Origin: Candidatus Altiarchaeota archaeon
Lineage (GTDB): Archaea > SpSt-1190
Assembly: GCA_030590165.1 (NCBI GenBank)
Contig: JAUUZA010000001.1
Span: 1-59,552 of the forward strand
DNA: 59,552 bases
Direction: 5' to 3'
The notes beneath the pieces are model-generated. The model worked only from the letters and a program-made list of their open reading frames with translations. It had not been told where the DNA came from and made no database searches. Made by a program: the position numbers and the translations under genes. Positions 56,074 to 59,552 of this stretch are shown piece by piece (positions within the stretch are counted from its first letter, which is position 1; each line of letters opens with the position of its first letter).

Positions 56074-56794
56074 AGCCTTAAAACGTGTTTTTAAAATAAT
56101 GCGAGAGAGCGATGTCGTTCTTGAATTGGTTGATGCACGTTTTCCACGGTTCAGTAAGAGAATCGAAAAATCACTTAAGCGCAGGGGAGTAAAACTTATT
56201 ATTGTTTTTAATAAATCAGATTTAATCAAAGACGATAAAGATTTACAAATAATGGCAAATGACTATAATGGAATTATATTTTCTGCAAAAACACATAGAG
56301 GAAAACGGAAACTAATAGGACGCCTTGAATCTTATGCTAAAAAATTACAAAAAGAAATAAAAGTAGGAGTAGTAGGCGTACCCAATGTCGGTAAAAGTAA
56401 AATAATTAATACCTTAGTCGGAAGAAAAAGCGCAAGAACAAGTGCTAAAGCAGGATATACAAAGGGGTCACAATGGGTTAGGCTTTCACCTAATATTCTT
56501 TTAGTTGATTCACCCGGTGTTATAACTTGGAGTGAACCTGAAGAAGACCTTGTATTACGTAATTCACTAGATGTTGATAGGGCAAAGGACCCTGTATTCA
56601 TTGCACTTCAATTATTTAATGAACAACCTCACGTAGTAAAAGTTCTTGGGCTCACTTCAGATAACGAAGAAGCATTAGAAGAATTTGCAAAAAAAACAGG
56701 TAAACTCAAAAGGGGTGGTGAACCAAATATTAAAGAAGCAGCCCGTATGATTATTAGAAAATGGCAGAAAGGCGAACTGGAAGAAACTAATTAA
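56066..56794 (+). CDS. circularly permuted GTPase (YlqF/RbgA-like ribosome biogenesis GTPase)
   Basis: G4 (VFNKSDL) precedes G1 (GVPNVGKSKIIN) and G3 (DSPG), i.e. a permuted G-domain order. 8-nt overlap with adkA. Confidence 0.7.
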   Translation: MGKALKRVFKIMRESDVVLELVDARFPRFSKRIEKSLKRRGVKLIIVFNKSDLIKDDKDLQIMANDYNGIIFSAKTHRGKRKLIGRLESYAKKLQKEIKVGVVGVPNVGKSKIINTLVGRKSARTSAKAGYTKGSQWVRLSPNILLVDSPGVITWSEPEEDLVLRNSLDVDRAKDPVFIALQLFNEQPHVVKVLGLTSDNEEALEEFAKKTGKLKRGGEPNIKEAARMIIRKWQKGELEETN

Positions 56795-56807
56795 ATTTAA
56801 AAAATAA

Positions 56808-57083
56808 TTATTTAGTTAATACAATATTAATGGATGAAACATTAATCTCTTCACCAGACTCTATTTTAATTTTCTCTGTACTAATGTTGATACTTTTTAC
56901 AGTCATATCTTCAATAAATCGATTCCTTACTATCTCAGCTACATCCACTGCTCGACTTATCGCCTTTCCTCTGGCTTTGATACTAACTTCCTTTGCACCT
57001 CCGTGAACTTGAGTAACCACTGCTAATACATAATTCATGGGAGGTTTAGTCCCAACAAACACAACATTATCTTTGTCTGACAT
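56808..57083 (-). CDS. albA: Alba DNA/RNA-binding protein
   Basis: ...[46 protein letters not shown]..., 91 aa. Confidence 0.85.
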   Translation of the reverse strand: MSDKDNVVFVGTKPPMNYVLAVVTQVHGGAKEVSIKARGKAISRAVDVAEIVRNRFIEDMTVKSINISTEKIKIESGEEINVSSINIVLTK

Positions 57084-57163
57084 ATTCTTACCTATTCTAA
57101 AGGGTTAAGATAATTTAAAAACCTTCTCTCAACTATTAAATACTTCAACACCCCTTTAATTCT

Positions 57164-57769
57164 GTGGGAGTCCTCCTTAAACGCTGTACTTATGGCGCAG
57201 CAGTAAAAGATGCAAAACAACAAATTATTACAAGTGTTGCACGATTCAATGAAATTCTACGAAAAAGTGCAAAACATTCAGTGAATTTAAACGCAAAAGG
57301 AAATATGAGAATTCTTATTATTACACAAAGCGGGTCAAGTAGGGATAAAGAAACTGAATTCCTTACTGATTCTTTATTTAATGAATTAATGAAAGCAAAA
57401 TCATTTGAGATTGAAATTGATGTAAAGTCAAAAGTTGGTATAGGAAAATTTAAAGTAATTTTTTGGTATGATGAAAAAGTTCATCTTGGTAATTCACTTG
57501 GAATAGATTTTGTTGCAAATTTTATGGAAGGATTAAATTTTTTATTTCTGTCTTTTGTCGCCGTATTAAATTCAATAAAAGCTGCTGCATTTAGGAGTCA
57601 AATTGAATCAGTAGTTACACGAATGCAATCATTATGGGAAGATGTTTTCAAAATGTATGTTGGGACAACAATGACAAAAACAGAACAACTCTTTAATTTA
57701 AGAAAATATGAAATGGATTCCATTATGATAAATGTATTCGGAAATATAATAAAATTAAGAAAAACTTAA
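57164..57769 (+). CDS. hypothetical protein
   Basis: 201 aa (possibly shorter from the internal Met MRILIITQSG). No motif recognised. Confidence 0.3.
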   Translation: MGVLLKRCTYGAAVKDAKQQIITSVARFNEILRKSAKHSVNLNAKGNMRILIITQSGSSRDKETEFLTDSLFNELMKAKSFEIEIDVKSKVGIGKFKVIFWYDEKVHLGNSLGIDFVANFMEGLNFLFLSFVAVLNSIKAAAFRSQIESVVTRMQSLWEDVFKMYVGTTMTKTEQLFNLRKYEMDSIMINVFGNIIKLRKT

Positions 57770-57778
57770 GGAAAAGCA

Positions 57779-58162
57779 TCAATCTGCTCTTTCCAAGAGT
57801 CTTCTACCCATTACAATCCACGAAAAGATTTTGTCTCCTGGTGTAAAAGTTTTTCCCTCTGGAATTTCTGATTCAAAAGTTTCATAAGATTGTAAATCCA
57901 TTAACTGAACTGTATTACCTGAAACTGATAAAACTTGAGCTTGTCTCTTTTCAACTATTGGAACTTCAATTCTTGCATCTCCGGGTTTAACAATACCTTT
58001 TCTACTCCCATCAAATAAACTAACGGCATCAATACGTGATTTTGCGTGACCGTGTTTTCCAGGTGCACTTTTTGTAATGTTTATTATTTTGCAGGGTTGT
58101 CCATCAAGAATAATATATCTACCTTTCTTCATATTGTGAATTTCATCCATAACTGTACTCAT
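57779..58162 (-). CDS. eif5a: translation initiation factor 5A (aIF-5A)
   Basis: Hypusination loop TKSAPGKHGHAK and SH3-like N-domain plus OB C-domain. 127 aa. Confidence 0.9.
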   Translation of the reverse strand: MSTVMDEIHNMKKGRYIILDGQPCKIINITKSAPGKHGHAKSRIDAVSLFDGSRKGIVKPGDARIEVPIVEKRQAQVLSVSGNTVQLMDLQSYETFESEIPEGKTFTPGDKIFSWIVMGRRLLERAD

Positions 58163-58195
58163 AAAAAAGGATAAAATAAGGGTATAAAAAGGTTT

Positions 58196-58211
58196 ATCCC
58201 CCGAAGGGGAT
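58196..58211 (-). terminator. hairpin ATCCCCTTCGGGGGAT followed by a T-rich tract, downstream of the MAT gene
   Basis: 6-bp stem with a tetraloop immediately after the stop. Followed on the minus strand by AAACCTTTTTATACCC, which also carries the aIF5A TATA. Confidence 0.5.
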
Positions 58212-59314
58212 TAGAATAATCTAAACTTACCTTCAACAAAACCTTGAGTTATTTCAGGAAGTTTTTCAAGTTCAGAAATAACAATTTCATCTAACTTAGT
58301 CGCATCACTTCGAATAAGTACTAAGGGTGGTTTTGTAATAGAATGCCCAATTCTACTTTGAATTATAACCTCTGCTGGTTTTGAAGTTTCTTCATAGATT
58401 CTTTCAGCAATACTTCTTGCCATTACATTGTAAATTTTTCCCACATGACTTACTGGGTTTTTTCCACAAGCCGCTTCTAAACTCATTGGTCTAGTTGGAG
58501 TAATTAATCCATTAATCCTATTGCCTCTTCCAGTAGCCCCATCATCACCTTGTTCTGCACTAGTTCCAATTACCGTCAAAAACAAATTATCTTTTGAAAT
58601 ATATTTATCAAGTGTATTAATTGAAATATTTTCAATCCCAAATTCATGTTTTAGAACTTCAGTTATTTCTTCCTTACTTTTTTTATAAGCATTAATTCCA
58701 CTAAGGTATTTATCAATAAAACCAAGAGCAACCGTTACATCAATTTCTTCCTTATACTTATGACCCATAACTTTAATATCTTTTCCAATTTCCGGAAACT
58801 CTTTCACCGCATCATTCACTAAATAATCTGAAATATCTAAAGTAAGTTGTTCAATTGGAGTAAAAGGGGAAAATCCAACCCCAACACTAGTATCATTTGC
58901 AACCACCCCATTCACAGTCCCTGCAAGTTCTGACGCCCCAACACCAATCATAGGTTCAATTATAAAATATTCATCACGAGACAGAGGTAGAATCTGTTTT
59001 ATATAGTCTCTAGCAGCTTTAATTGCAATAGTTTCAACAGGAATAGAATAATTTGCACGTCCAGCAATAATAATTCTTATTGGTTTTGTAATTTCTCCCC
59101 CTCCCCATTTTGTAATACTCTGGCCTGCAACAAGACCAACCTTATCAACATTATGGTGCTGAATACTTCCATGTTCTTTAATATACGCCTTGCTTAATGC
59201 GCGAGAAACTGCTTCTGAAATTCCATCACACAAACTATCTGGATGTCCTTCGGCTTTTCTTTCTACAACTTCACTAATCATCTCAACTGGATGATCTACT
59301 CTCACTATCTTCAT
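58211..59314 (-). CDS. mat: S-adenosylmethionine synthetase, archaeal type
   Basis: ...VVERKAEGHPDSLCDGISEAVSRAL...HHNVDKVGLVAGQS... matches the archaeal MAT family N-terminus. 367 aa. Confidence 0.8.
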   Translation of the reverse strand: MKIVRVDHPVEMISEVVERKAEGHPDSLCDGISEAVSRALSKAYIKEHGSIQHHNVDKVGLVAGQSITKWGGGEITKPIRIIIAGRANYSIPVETIAIKAARDYIKQILPLSRDEYFIIEPMIGVGASELAGTVNGVVANDTSVGVGFSPFTPIEQLTLDISDYLVNDAVKEFPEIGKDIKVMGHKYKEEIDVTVALGFIDKYLSGINAYKKSKEEITEVLKHEFGIENISINTLDKYISKDNLFLTVIGTSAEQGDDGATGRGNRINGLITPTRPMSLEAACGKNPVSHVGKIYNVMARSIAERIYEETSKPAEVIIQSRIGHSITKPPLVLIRSDATKLDEIVISELEKLPEITQGFVEGKFRLF

Positions 59315-59390
59315 ATCTAAAAATCATTCACTCGTTTTAAATCATTGGCATTCCTAAACTATATAAATTATTCCAATTGGAATATATATG

Positions 59391-59552
59391 ATGCCTTCTC
59401 TTTTTGACATAAAGCTTCGCAGGACTCTTCTTGGAATCAACCAAAAAGAACTTGCCGGACTAGCTAATATTACTCAAGGAACTATTGCAAAAATTGAAAA
59501 AGGAAAAATGATTCCTAATTATAATCTTGCTAAAAAAATTTTTGAAGAACTT
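59391..59552 (+). CDS. XRE-family HTH transcription regulator (3' end outside window)
   Basis: MPSLFDIKLRRTLLGINQKELAGLANITQGTIAKIEKGKMIPN is a classic Cro/C1-type HTH. TATA CTATATAAATTA about 30 nt upstream. Confidence 0.65.
   Translation, partial: MPSLFDIKLRRTLLGINQKELAGLANITQGTIAKIEKGKMIPNYNLAKKIFEEL

Overview
AT-rich, gene-dense window with unmistakably archaeal information-processing content, probably from a small-genome (DPANN-like) archaeon; that lineage call is inference.

Recognisable genes: Hef C-terminus, PCNA, Kae1, L10e, TBP, RpoP, L37ae, prefoldin beta, SepF-like, GatE, Pth2, S2, the exosome/proteasome superoperon (PsmA-SBDS-Rrp4-Rrp41-Rrp42), AlaRS, Pelota, RFC small subunit, AdkA, Alba, aIF5A, archaeal MAT, and unfused Bud32 and Kae1. 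Four tRNA genes (Gly-GCC, Arg-UCU, Leu-CAG, Val-CAC) sit on the minus strand with TATA boxes about 25-30 nt upstream.

Things worth a second look:
- A family of about 60-75 nt GC-rich palindromic elements (TIR GAAACTTTTC...GAAAAGTTTC) abuts the 3' ends of three of the four tRNAs, and is tandemly duplicated behind tRNA-Leu.
- A tandem pair of 185-aa paralogs of unknown function carries near-identical nucleotide patches amid roughly 55% protein identity.
- A three-gene glycan operon (GT-C-like membrane protein, thioredoxin-like protein, processive GT2 with D/DxD/TED/QxxRW) lies near a highly expressed acidic S-layer-like gene.
- Two loci encode proteins with archaeal class III (type IV pilin-like) signal peptides.
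- A secreted Lon-like S16 protease domain has no ATPase.
- A bacterial-type AspRS is divergent from TrpRS over a shared palindromic TATA box.
- A Memo-like gene is interrupted by an in-frame TAG.
- A candidate C/D box sRNA lies between two minus-strand genes.
- RpoP, missing from the ORF track, overlaps L37ae by ATGA, and the superoperon appears to have lost Brix.

No CRISPR array, reverse transcriptase, integrase or transposase was seen.
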